From the NCBI GenBank assembly GCA_963693365.1, contig CAVNZM010000009.1, forward strand, positions 10,640,469-10,704,468: a DNA stretch of 64,000 bases. The letters run 5' to 3'. Source of the stretch: Amoebidium appalachense. Taxonomy: Eukaryota > Protista > Ichthyosporea. The position numbers were made by a program, and so were the translations under genes. The notes beneath the pieces are model-generated. The model was given only the letters and a program-made list of their open reading frames with translations, was not told where the DNA came from and made no database searches. Numbering within the stretch: the first letter of the stretch is position 1; each line of letters opens with the position of its first letter. This document shows positions 22,598-35,339 of the stretch, one piece after another.

Positions 22598-24283
22598 GGT
22601 GCGTGTGGGCACAGGACCTAGCCTACCATAGAGAGGAGGAGCGAGGGATGCGTGAGTTGGATCTGAGGGTAGTTAGTGCACGCAGGGGGTTATGCAAACG
22701 GCGTAAAAGGGTGGCATAAACAGGCGAGGCTGAATAATAAGGTAACTTGAAAGAGTGCTTGCAGGCTAGGCTATAACCTCTCTGCAAAGAAGCAACTATA
22801 AGGCAATTACCAAACACAGTTTTGTTCAGAACAGGGGAAAACTGAGGGCCTCGGTCTCTTGATTTTTGTTTTTTTTGGACCTACGAACGAAGAGATGTCT
22901 CCCTAAACCGCATGGCTCATGACTCAAGATCATTCACCTGATCTGGCAAGAGAAGGAGAGATGACAGACTTGAAACAGAGTTATAAGTGATAGAGATCCC
23001 TATCTCCTTACATATAAAGAATAAAAAATATGTATGGTAAGTTGCTAATATATTGCAATATGACACTAATAGGCACTTAGAGTTAAGTTTAGAAAGTGGC
23101 GTTAGGTTGGCGACGATTGGTCCAAATGGCACACTTGTAGAATCCCCAAGTCACAAAGCAAAATACCTACGTATGAAAATCGTTTTGATACCAAACGAGA
23201 AGTGAAAAGTATACAAAATAACACAAAAAAATAATAATGATGCAGAATAATCAGTTGAAGAGATAAAATAGTTTTGCTTACTGTCGGAACGAGCCTCACT
23301 TTGCAATGTGCCTAAAGCCAAATTCCATCAATCAACTTCTTCGCTCACTTTCTCCCCAAATCAAGGAGGACGCTAAAATCACAAAGATGATATTGCGGAA
23401 GCTGAGCACTGGCATCTGGCCAGAACTCGAGCACCCGGCCTGGCCAAGCACATAGCCAATGTAGCAGGGAGGAAAGGAGGGAGAAAGGGAGAAACTCAAG
23501 GAGGGGGAGAGGGAGGGAGGAAAAGGCATAAGGAGTGAGGGAGAGAGGTACGGAGATAGGGAGGGAGTGGGGAGGTACTAGTGAGGGAGGTAGGGTGGGG
23601 TTGGAAGGGAAGGAAGGTTATCAGGAAGAAGTAAGAGAGAGACACGAGACATGGCATTAGGGGAGGGAAGGGAGGGAGAAAAGGGGGTGGAGAGGGAGGG
23701 AGGGAGGGGGATAGGGTGGGAGGTAGAGAGGTAGGGAGGTAGGGAGGGAGTGGGGAGGTACTAGGGATGGACGTAGGGTGGGATTGGGAGGGAGAGAGAC
23801 AGTTCAGGAAGGCGCTACGGAGGCAATACGCGTTGCTGTTAAGCTGGGACAGTTTTGTTGTATTCTTTCGTTTGAAGGAGCGCCGTACCTTGAATCCAAT
23901 CCGACACATCAATCTCTTCGTGTATAGGCCCTTGTGTTCTTAACTGTGGGTTGCTTTGGTGATAAAGGCGTATACACTGTGCATTATTTACACACGGTCT
24001 GGATTAGAGGATGGGGACATAAAAAGGTGCGTGCATACCGTATGAGAAAAGGTGCGAATAAATCAGGATCTATTTGTTCAGGTTTCGAGTCTACCTTGGT
24101 AGTAGAAACTGTCGTGTCTGGTCGGTGAAACCTGTGACTACTATGTCTGGGCAGGGTTAACTACAATAAACAGCCTTTTTAGTGGTCTTTTTGTGGCTTC
24201 TTGCTCAGCTCCCCGCAGGTCTTGCGCATGCAGGTGGTGTCTGCAGCAGGCTACGTGCATGCACGGCACGGCTCGCACGTCCA

Positions 24284-26828
24284 CTAGCCTGCTGAGGGTG
24301 TGCCTGAGGGTGGCTGTGTGCTCTCAAAAGGTGGCTGGGGTACGTCACTGTCGTTACGAGGGCGCTTGGAGTGGCGATCAAACCCGCACACCTTGCAGGT
24401 TGTGACTGTGGCCGGCAACCACCACCGACACACACTGCAAACCCACTGCTCCACTGCTGCTTGACCGGAAAGTGAGTGGCCTTGGGGGTTTGTCGTTTGT
24501 TGGTCCGGGTCACTTTCGTCGTGGGGACGTCGACGCTTGGCTGCCAGCGGCGGTGTGGGCGTGTCTGTGACAGCCCTGTTGTCTTGCCCTGCCAAAGAGA
24601 GTGAACCGGAGTGTGTGTTTGTGGTGGTGGCTGCAGTCCTAACGTCCCAGTAACCAGTGGCTGGTCTGCTGTTCACTGTTGTGCAGGTCCGTTCCGAGGA
24701 CATGCCAGTGGTCTGGGCAACGGCTGTGGTCGTGTTGGTGGCTGCACCCACAGAGCCAGAAGACCCACCAAACCTTCCAAAGGGAGGAGTCGTGCCAAAG
24801 GACGTATTGGTGTTGTTGGAAGGATTGGATCCGAAGGCCTGCAATCTCGTTGGGGAGGTGGGCACGGGTGCATACTGGTAGAATTCTCCGAGACCATGGG
24901 CAAAGGGCGAGTTTGAAGGAGGTGCACCTCGGTTTGGGTGTGTCCCACAGTGTTGGGGAACGGACGGGTTCTGGGGGATTCCGAAGGACGGGAACGGTCT
25001 CACGGTAGGTGGTTGGGTGGTGGGGAAAGAGGGGAACGGTGTCACAATAGATGGTTGGGTGCCGAGGTTAAAGAAGGGGAACGGTGTCACGGTAGGTGGT
25101 TGGGTGCCGAGGCTAAAAGAGGGGAACGGTGTCACGGTAGGTGGTTGGGTGCCGAGGCTAAAAGAGGGGAATGGTGTCACGGTAGGTGGTTGGGTGGCGG
25201 CGTCTCTGGAAAGCGGCTGTGTGGTAGTCGTGGAGAACCCAAACCCCCCAAACCTACTTGCTCCAGCAGGGGCTTCACCAAACAAGCTGCGGGGGGGTGA
25301 CCGTGTGTGCCCAAAACCAAAACCAAAAGCAGCTGGGCGCTCACCCAGTGAGGGTGTTTGCTGGGTAGAGAAATGGTCGATGGCTAGCAATTGCACGGTG
25401 TCTGGGAGAGGGTCACGAGTCACTGAGGGAGGGTGGCGCAGGTTCTGGTCGAGGGTGGAGCTGCTTGACGAGTTTATCCCCGAGCCTACTTGTGGTGCAA
25501 CGTGCCAGTTAGCTGTAGATCTCTCACCACAACTCAGTTTTTTGGATCAACATATTTGGGCTCAGTTTCTTGGACCAACATATTTGGGCTGCCCTCTCCC
25601 AACTAATGAGCCTGCCCCCTATCCAACCTTCTTGCACCGAAGCCCTTACTGAGCTTGGCTTCTTTGGTACATACAATAATAGAAACCGGAAACAGCTCCT
25701 TTACTTGGTGCCTCTGTGACCTTGCCAATGACCCACTTGTCAGATGCGCATGCTCCAACATGCACATCCCACCTTCTATCAAGATCCTCATATTTCAAAC
25801 CTTGCACCACTCGTATTTTCGAGACACAGCTGTTGTGCTTCTACAATATGTGCACGCACACTGTCGTAGCATGCACATTACACGCAAACACACACGACCA
25901 GAAACCTCTGGCCCCAGATACCTACGTGAAAGTCTCCTAGTCAGTCTGTCGTTTTCGAAGGCCAGGCGCTGGTTCTGCTTGTTGGCCCTCTCCAGTGCAT
26001 CCATCAGCAACTGCACATGCTCTTCTTGGGCCTCCTTCATGTGTGTCCCCACTTCGCTCCGCACAAGATCCTCCACTTCACAGCCCTCAACAGGGCAGGG
26101 CACATTCTCAGAGGCGCACGCCTGGCTGTGTTCTGTGTGAGTTTAGGGGTTAGCTCTTGGTGACATGTACAAGCAGCAGATCTCGAAAAAAACCACTTGC
26201 TTGAAAAACTATCCGGAACCAGGACTCTGAAAACTCCATTTCTCTCATCCCCGTGTCAGGCAATTATAATGCTTTCAAGCAAGACTGGTTTGCAAAGCTC
26301 AAGGTGCTGAGGGCTCTACCCACCTTCGAGTTCACGGCGGGGCACCTGGCCGTCACACAGGGCACACGTGACGAGCTGGAACGTGCACGTGCGTTTGTGG
26401 TCTCCCAGGCGCTCCCTCTCAAACACCTCGTCGCACTCTTCTGCTGGGCAGGGAACGAGCTCCTTGGGACACACACGCAGGTGTTCGCTTAGCGCACCCA
26501 GTTTGCAGCGCACTTCACAGCCCTCGTCTTTGTTGATGCAGAACACGTCCAGGTGGTGGTGCAGACGGCGGGCAAACGGACCAAGTTTCTCTGGTGCTGA
26601 GCCTAACTTTACGGGCTTGTTGTCTATGGGGCACACACGGTTTTGCTTGAGGGATTTGTCAATGCATGTCTTGCAGAACACGTGGCCGCATTCCCGCAGT
26701 TCACGGGCGTGGTCAGCAACTGGCACCTCAAGACAGATGACACATGTGAACTCCTCTGCACGAGACTGGTCAACAAAAAGCTCGAGATCCAGACTTTCCA
26801 AGTTTTCGGTGTATGTTGTTATGGCCAT
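24284..26828 (-). CDS. RING-finger / TRAF-type zinc-finger E3 ligase-like protein with FG-rich tail and RanBP2-type zinc finger (~646 aa)
   Basis: Exons 26324-26828, 25926-26132, 24284-25512 (GT-AG, phase 1/1; an extra small exon cannot be excluded). C3HC4 RING (CVIC..CGHVFCKTC..CPID), TRAF zinc fingers (CINKDEGC..H..C; CPAEEC..H..C; CPVEGC..H), coiled coil, FG/PF repeats, WVCSVC-x10-CKVC. Confidence 0.8.
24990..25196 (-). repeat. 45-bp coding tandem repeat (LGTQPPTVTPFPSFS), ~5 copies
   Basis: Visible in both the DNA and ORF 24284-25423. Confidence 0.9.
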
Positions 26829-27339
26829 GTTGCCTGTGGGTGTAGGGCTCAGTTGTGGGTTGCTGGTGTTGCTTGGTGCCTCGTGTTCATGACGTCCAGC
26901 ACCAGACCGCCCACGAAGGCGAGCTCCCAGAGCTAGGAACATTTGAAATGAAGTCAAAACTGCTACAGTATCCGTGCACAGGCTCCTAGCAAGAAAAGTC
27001 AGTGTGGGGTTTTATCAATGTCGTAGTCGGCGCACATGTAGTTTTCAGTGAACGATGAAAGGTGAACTCATCACTGAACTCACCAGGAAGTTTTTGCCCT
27101 GCTCCTAGAGCGGTGCGATCCGGATCAATCACGTTGAATCTCTTTTTGGCGCGCAGCCGGCAGATCTCGAGGGCAAATCACGTGCACGAAAGGTTCACCA
27201 TGAAAAAAAAATAATTTCTAATGACTTTATAAGGAAAAATCCGGCCATTTCATGCGGCAATAATTCAAGTAGCCAAAGCCTCCTTGATGATATCCGTACT
27301 TTTTTGAGTGTTTGTGTGTGTGTGTGTGTGTGCGCGCGC

Positions 27340-27399
<60 letters not shown>

Positions 27400-27708
27400 A
27401 CGTGTGTGTGCGTGTGTGTGCGTATGTGCGCGCGTTTTTGTGTTATGTCTGTGTGTGTTTGTGTGCGAGTGTGTGCATCCGGCTATTAGAGAAGGGGTGT
27501 GCCGATATGGTTCCACAGTTCCCGGACGTGTACACGTGCCTTAACTAATATATTCCCTGGCTCTATGCGCCTTTCTGTACGAAAATGTGTGCATATATCT
27601 GTGTTGGCATTTGGATTTAAAATTTGTGTTCGTTTGTCACTGCCGTGTGTGTGTGTGTGTGTGTGTGTGCACGACGTGTGTGTATGTATCACAATGTGTG
27701 TGTGCACA

Positions 27709-27750
<42 letters not shown>

Positions 27751-28231
27751 CACGCGTGTGTGTGTGTCCGAGTCACGGTGTACGGGGTGTGTGTGTGCCA
27801 ACCTCCCCCCCCCACACGTGCACGTACACACACACACACACAAAAAAAAAAGAAAGAAACCTCGAACACAGCCCAGAAAAAGGAACTACTGGCAGAACCG
27901 GGGGGGGGGGGGGGGGGGGGGGGGGAACGGGGCCCGGGGAGGGGGAGGGGGGATGGGGGGGGGGGGGGGGGGGGGGGGGGGAGGGGGGGGGGGGGGGACC
28001 CGGGGCTGTGCGAATGTGTGCATGTTTTTGTGTGCGTTTCTGAAAATTTGGTTTTTGTGTTTGTTTGTCATTGGGCGATTTTGTGTGTGTGTGGTGTGTA
28101 TATGTGTGCACGTGCGTGTATCACAATGTGTGTGAGGTGTGTGTGTACGTGACACTGTGGCTCACTTGCCCACCCTCCCCTATCCCATCCCCCTGTTTTG
28201 TGAATCCTTTCTCTGGTCTGGCGTTTTTTTT

Positions 28232-28278
<47 letters not shown>

Positions 28279-28515
28279 AGGGGGGAGGGGGGGAGGGGGG
28301 GGCAGGGCGGGAGGGGGAAGGGGAGGGGGCTATGCGAAAATGTGTGCATGTGATCGTGTGTACATTCGGATTTTGTGTCCGTTTTTCGTTGGCCGGGTGT
28401 GTTTTTGTACATGGGTGCATGGTGTTTGTGTGCATGTGTGTAATACAATGTGTGTGTGTGTGTGCGCGTGTGTGTCCATGCCATGGCGCATGGTGTGTGT
28501 GCCCCCCCCCCCCCC

Positions 28516-28556
<41 letters not shown>

Positions 28557-29291
28557 GAAAAATAATCCCGCAGCCCAGGAAAAAAAAAAGGGGGGGGGGG
28601 GGGGGGGGTAAGATAATGAACCCTATTTAGCCGAAACTCCTTCAGATTTTAGACCCTAAGCCGTGTATCATACCTGTTATCTCAAATGTGAGTGACCCCT
28701 GTACTGTTCCGCTTGGAGCAAAAAATAATCTGCCAAAAGCAAAAAGCAGGATTACTCTAGCTGCCAGGTTAATCTATTGAAAATAGACTATTTCTGCGTA
28801 AGAAGCTTCGGGCCATTTTTTTTCCTTCTGCCGTGGGGTGCATGATTCTGTGTTTTTGCAGAATAATTCTACTAACAGCAGAATAATTCTGCAAACAGCA
28901 GAATATTTCGGCTTCTGGCAGAATACTGTTTCCGTTGAGCAACTTGAAGTCGGTATATATCCCTGATGTGCATGTGTAAGTCTTGCGTGTGTCATTATGC
29001 CGGTGTCCGTATACACGTGTGCGTATGTGTACCGCGCATGCCAGTGTGTGTGTGGTGGGTGCGTAGGTTAACAGTACACATGTATGTACCATAATGATGC
29101 GACTGTGCTGACGTCGCCATGGGATTAATTAAATTTACACTGTGGGTTTACACGTCCGCACACACGCGTTTGCGCCATATTATGTGTCCTAGCATCTGCA
29201 GCTGTTACATGTCTGTGCAAATGTATGTGTGTGTATATATGATCGTGTGCACGAATAATCTCGTGAGTGTGTGTGTGTGACTGTGTGTGTG

Positions 29292-29350
<59 letters not shown>

Positions 29351-30285
29351 CGGCAGTCGTAGCGTGCATTGTGTGTGAGATGCCACGGTCAGCCGTGCGG
29401 TGTGTGTGGATACAGCTCGATGCATATGTGCGTGTATGTATGTGTCTCAGTGCGTGCGCAAGGGGCCACATTTGATTGTATTGTTAGCTGCAGCGGTGAC
29501 AGGAAGCACGGGGCAGATCCACTGGCTCAAACTCGAAATGTGACGCATGCCTTGAAAAACATGGGCTGATTGTGTACATTTTTCCCTGACCTGGTCGCAC
29601 ATATTCTCGTACAATCGTAATGATGCAAATACTAACAGTATTATTATGGTGTCCACGTGGCTGACTCGTGACATACCACTACACACATGCATTTGTGCAC
29701 CAAATACCCATGTTATAATACACACAATCATACTTCATTGCCAGTGTGCACATCACCATGCATGGTGCCCGTCGCATAAATATCATGGCCATATTAAATA
29801 CCCACGCACCAAAAAATCTATGCAAACCACTGCAGTACAAATGAGACCCTTTACTTTATTTTCATCACGTATGTACATCGCACCAAACCACGTTGTCAAA
29901 ACGTGACTCTGGTTGTGGTATGAACACCTTTAGGGTCTGCTGTATATGATATGCACGAAACGGTACCGCCCCAAATAACCCTAAACCCATAACCAGTTGC
30001 CCCTCTTTCCTATCTAACCTCCCGCCGGGAGCAAAACCCTAGAGGACATACATTCATTAAGCGTTTCTGCTGAAACATAAAAAGTGATTTGATATTTTAA
30101 ACTGTTACAGCTCTTTGCGCCACTCATAATACTACACATGTATGTTGTATGTGCAAATCTGAACAAGCTAACCAGATATGGGGACAATGCAGCAAAGATA
30201 CACATCGATATTCACATGATAAATAGGATAAACCAATAGAAACGAGAACATGTACTACTTCACACGCCTCAACCACACACTCGCT

Positions 30286-30470
30286 TTATACATCAAAAAC
30301 AGGTCGCGTTGGTGTGGCCGGATGGGGTGAGGAGTGGTGATGCGGGTGGTGTGGGTGGTGGGGCACGGGTGACTGCATGGGTTGTGACGTCATCCGGGGG
30401 CTATAGTTGGTCGGCTGGGAGGGGGTGGGTGGCGCCTGGGCCGGCAGCGGGCTAGGAGCAGGGCTGCTCA

Positions 30471-30565
<95 letters not shown>

Positions 30566-30854
30566 CCCCTTTTGTGTGCATAGGTGGGTGGGTGGGTGGG
30601 TGGATGGGACGGTGGGTGGGTGGGTGAACGAGTGAGTGAGTGAGCTGAGTGAATGTGTGTGTGTGTGTGGCTTTGTGTGTCTGTGCATGTGTGCACGCGT
30701 GAGTGCCAGATGTGAGCGGTGCGTCGGGTTTTATACGCGCATCCGACTCAAGCATGTGGCATAACGCTCCCGGTCACACAGTGATAGGGCCGGAGGTGTA
30801 CAATCCGTCCCACAGTGTTTTTTGTTCACAAAAGGCCCCTCCGGGGAGAGGGAG

Positions 30855-30893
<39 letters not shown>

Positions 30894-31774
30894 GGGACTT
30901 CAGTACCTGAGGACTTTGTGTGTAGACTTGCTCTGTGCGGGGGGGCATTTGCTGGGGCAGGTCTCCACTGCCCATGGTCATGGAGGGGGAGTCTGTGGGG
31001 GCTGGGGGTGGATGGGTGACGTCAGGATATTATGGGAATATAGAGCTGGGGTATGGTGAGGCATGATTGAAAAATGGCAGGGTGGTATGACAGGGAATCA
31101 TTCAATAGATGAGACTTGACCTATTACTGGAAACCGAGGAGAAGACAGTGTGGAATATCATTGAAAGATTATGTGGTCGGTTAGAGGATGGTATGTAAGG
31201 AAAGCAGCCGGGGGAAGGTTGGGGGGGGGGGGGGGGGATTTGGTTGAATGAGAAGCATTGTGGATTGATGAATAAAACTTTATGATAGATGCTTGAAACC
31301 GAGGGTGCTTCACTTAAATTTTCATGTTGGCATTTTGTGCTGGAGGTTTGTAGCAAGCAGGCGAAGGGTGGGAATTTGTGTTTGTGTGTGTGTGTCCTGC
31401 GAATGGCGGAAGAGCAATTCTGGTGGGTGCGTGTTCAAATGTGTCTGGTGGGATGTGGGTGGGGAAAGGGTCGTGGGTGGGTTGGTGGGGGGGGGGGGGG
31501 ACGGGGAAGTATTTCTGCTGTTACCTCTTGCAAAGTCGTTTGCAGCGGGCTGTAACATAAACTCTGCGGGTGGGGGCCCAGCAGGTGTTTGTGTTTGTTC
31601 GACTTGTTGTGTTGGTGGCAGTGGTTGGGGGTAGAGGTCTGCCATCAGGGTGGGTAGGAACCGACCCACTGTGGCCCAGGTGAGCGTCCAGAGCTCCTCA
31701 GCTTGCTGCTCAGTGAGAGATGCAGGTACGGGGGTCTGTGTGTGTGTGTGTGTGTGTGTGTGCATATGGGGGGT

Positions 31775-31805
<31 letters not shown>

Positions 31806-31874
31806 GGGGGGGGGTCGGTGTTAGAATGTGTTACCGAATACGAAGTAAGCTTTCACGACGGACAAAAAAAAAAA

Positions 31875-31909
<35 letters not shown>

Positions 31910-31963
31910 TAAGAGTATGCATGGTAAGTGGAGCCCATCCTCCATTAGGGGGGGGGGGAAGAA

Positions 31964-31997
<34 letters not shown>

Positions 31998-32033
31998 CAC
32001 TGTACACGAGTGTGAAAGTGAAGCAGGGATTGA

Positions 32034-32064
<31 letters not shown>

Positions 32065-32251
32065 ACCCCCACCAAAAAAAAAACAAAAAAAACAAAAAAA
32101 AAAAACAAAAAAAACAAAAAACAAACAAACATGGGCACATGCTCACTGGGGCGTACCTGCTGGTCTGGGGGTGCCTGAGGGTTTCTCAATATGCCGCTGG
32201 ACACCAGCACCAGCAGGGTGATCTTGAGACTCTCGGGCACAGACTCGAGCT

Positions 32252-32282
<31 letters not shown>

Positions 32283-33269
32283 TGAATGCGGAACACAGTA
32301 CAAAGTACGCATACACGATGAGAAGCATGGTGCAGGACACATGCAAAGGCAAACATTCAAGTATGCAACATCAGCCATGCGCACAGTATGCGTCATAAGC
32401 AGAGCCCATCCTCAGGGAGGGCCCAAGTCATCAATTGCGTCTGAGTTTCGACCCCTTAGCCCGCGTATATACGACGCTCCAACTCAAACAGCAGCATCAA
32501 CTGAACTTGGGTGGGTCAACCCGTCTTGATCAAAGACGAGCAGGGTTGCTTATGCAAGCAAGGTGAGCAGAACGGTGAAGATGTGTGTGTGTGGGGGGGG
32601 GGGGGGGGGGGGGTCAGTGCCTGTACACATGCCCCTGCACATACACTCTGCACACGATCCTTCAAACTTGCATATTTCATGCCCTCATCAAAATCGTCTC
32701 AGCCCTTCATACCCAACTCCAGTAGGAGTAACCCCCCCCCCCCCCCCCCCCCCCCACACACACACTAAAAAAAAACAAAAAAAAAACAAACAAACAAACA
32801 AACAAACAAAGAAAACATCCATTTATGCATATGATGATATTTCCATGTTCTTCACTGATTGCTTGCTGGTCATGTGTGTGCTGTGTGTACTATCTCGTAT
32901 GCACGTGTCAGTGTGTCAGTGTCAAGTGTGCCGTGCTATGAACTTAAAAACCTGACACAACACAGGCCTATCATTGCGTGAATGCATGCGTGTCGGTGTC
33001 TGCCTGCACGCATTTGTGTGGGTGTGCATGTCACATGTGTGTGCCCGTGCGCACATTTGTGTATGTGTGCGTGTGCATGTGCATGTGCGTTGAGTTGCAT
33101 GTGCTCACCAGATACTCTGAGTTGTTAGCGTGCATGTACCGGCCTATGATCTCCAGTGTCTGCACCCACACCTGGGGGAAGTCTGCCATGCCCAGCAGCG
33201 CCATGCGGTGCTGACGGAGCACCTTGCACAGCATGCCCACTAGACCATGTGTTAGCACGTGCACACAAA

Positions 33270-33342
<73 letters not shown>

Positions 33343-34255
33343 CAGGCACACTCGCGCACATACAAGCAAATCCTACCATATGCTACGACATACCAGCACA
33401 TTATAGTATTGCTTTTGGCTATATTTGGTTGGTGGCTGCCAGCGCGGGAAAAAATGTGGAATGCCAGCACTCACCAGCACATTCTAATGTGTGTACATTG
33501 GTATCTACAAGCACATGCTAGCACATGCTAGCACATGCTTAGCACATGCTAGCACATGCTTAGCACATGCTAGCACATGCTAGCGTGTACATTGGTATCT
33601 ACAAGCACATGCTAGCACATGCAAGCACATGCAAGCACATGCAAGCACATGCAAGCACATGCTAGCACATGCTTAGCACATGCTTAGCACATGCTAGCAC
33701 ATGCTTAGCACATGCTAGCACATGCTTAGCACATGCAAGCACATGCAAGCACATGCAAGCACATGCAAGCACATGCAAGCACATGCAAGCACATGCTAGC
33801 ACATGCTAGCACATGCTAGCACATGCTAGCACATGCTAGCAGATCCTCCACACATACTACAACACACCATCACATAGTTGCACACACCAGCACCTATTAG
33901 CACATTCTAACACAGCCCAGCACTCACCGACTCTAAATCTAGTCTCGTCAATGCCCCTAGGGTCGTGCCTATCGAGCTCAGGCGAGAGCAATGCATTTAG
34001 CATTGGGAAGAGCACCTCACGCACAGCACTCTCCCACTCTTGGGGCTGTAGGCAACACGTGCATGGGTTAGTGGCCGGGGGGTGAGGAGGGGGAAGGGGT
34101 GGGAGTGGGGGGCGGGGGCAGGGTGGGGTGAGGAGGGGGATAGGCCATAAAAACATTAGAATACGAAGAACACCTTCACGACGGAGAATACCATACAAAT
34201 TCTGCAAGGATAATCACCCAAAAAGAATTTGCATATGGTTTTTTTTTTTTTTTTT

Positions 34256-34286
<31 letters not shown>

Positions 34287-34487
34287 GGGGGTGACGCTGA
34301 GGTGCGAATCGGAGTGATCTATTCTAAATAGTGTGGCAACGAAACAAACAACAAAAAAACAAACAGAAGAACGGACAACCCCTCTTGGCATCTTAGACCC
34401 CCCCCCCCCCCCCCCCGAGAACGATCTGGGCAGGTCAGATTTCCATCGTGGCCACTGTTGAACTGGTGAATGAAGATGTGGGTGGGT

Positions 34488-34520
<33 letters not shown>

Positions 34521-35248
34521 TGCACGCAGACACACCTTCATTGTGTTGAGTGCAGGCAGCAGCAGGGCCCTCTCGAGGAAGGTGATGGCCGTGGTGCGGA
34601 TGTCCCCCCGCATGTTGCAGCCAAGCTCACACAGCACACGCTGTGGGGTATGTGTGAGCCGATAGCTATTCAATCCTCCAGCAGCACACATTAGGTAGTC
34701 ATTTATACAGTTGCCTACGCCCACACGCACTTTTGATAGTCAAATAGTTGCAAACATCAATTATACACATAATAGTACATAATAGTAATGTGATAGTTGG
34801 ACATATCCGTAACCCACACTTAGATAGATAATCAGATAGTTGCACAAAACAGTAGATAGTCAATGAGGTAGATAACGTGCCCATAACACACGCATTAGAT
34901 AGGTGCCCATCATGATATTATTAGATAGTTGTACAGATCCAATATACACAAACTAGATGGTTGATTACATATATTTAAATGCCAGTATCCACTACACACA
35001 TTAGACAGTCAATAAGATAGTTGCACATATCCACTTACTAGATATATACACGTATCCACTAATCAAATAGTTGCCCTTCATGAAACTATGAGATACCTGC
35101 CCTTTCTGGAAATATTAGATAGTTGCACATATCCCCCACTCACCAGCAATGGCCGCCAGTAGTCGCTCCACAGCAGCCGTACGGGTTTGCTGTCGTCATC
35201 TTGGCCCTCGGCTAGCGTCGGTGCAGCCATGTACAGCGCAAAGATCAG

Positions 35249-35282
<34 letters not shown>

Positions 35283-35286
35283 TGTG

Positions 35287-35339
<53 letters not shown>

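Noticed and set aside
22900-23460. Possible decayed retroelement coding fragment
   Set aside because: Only short broken frames with no diagnostic motif.
28690-28940. Possible MITE with GCAGAATAATTCTGC palindromes
   Set aside because: No terminal inverted repeats or second copy could be defined.
29975-29995. Telomere-like CCCTAA words
   Set aside because: Isolated one or two units, no array.
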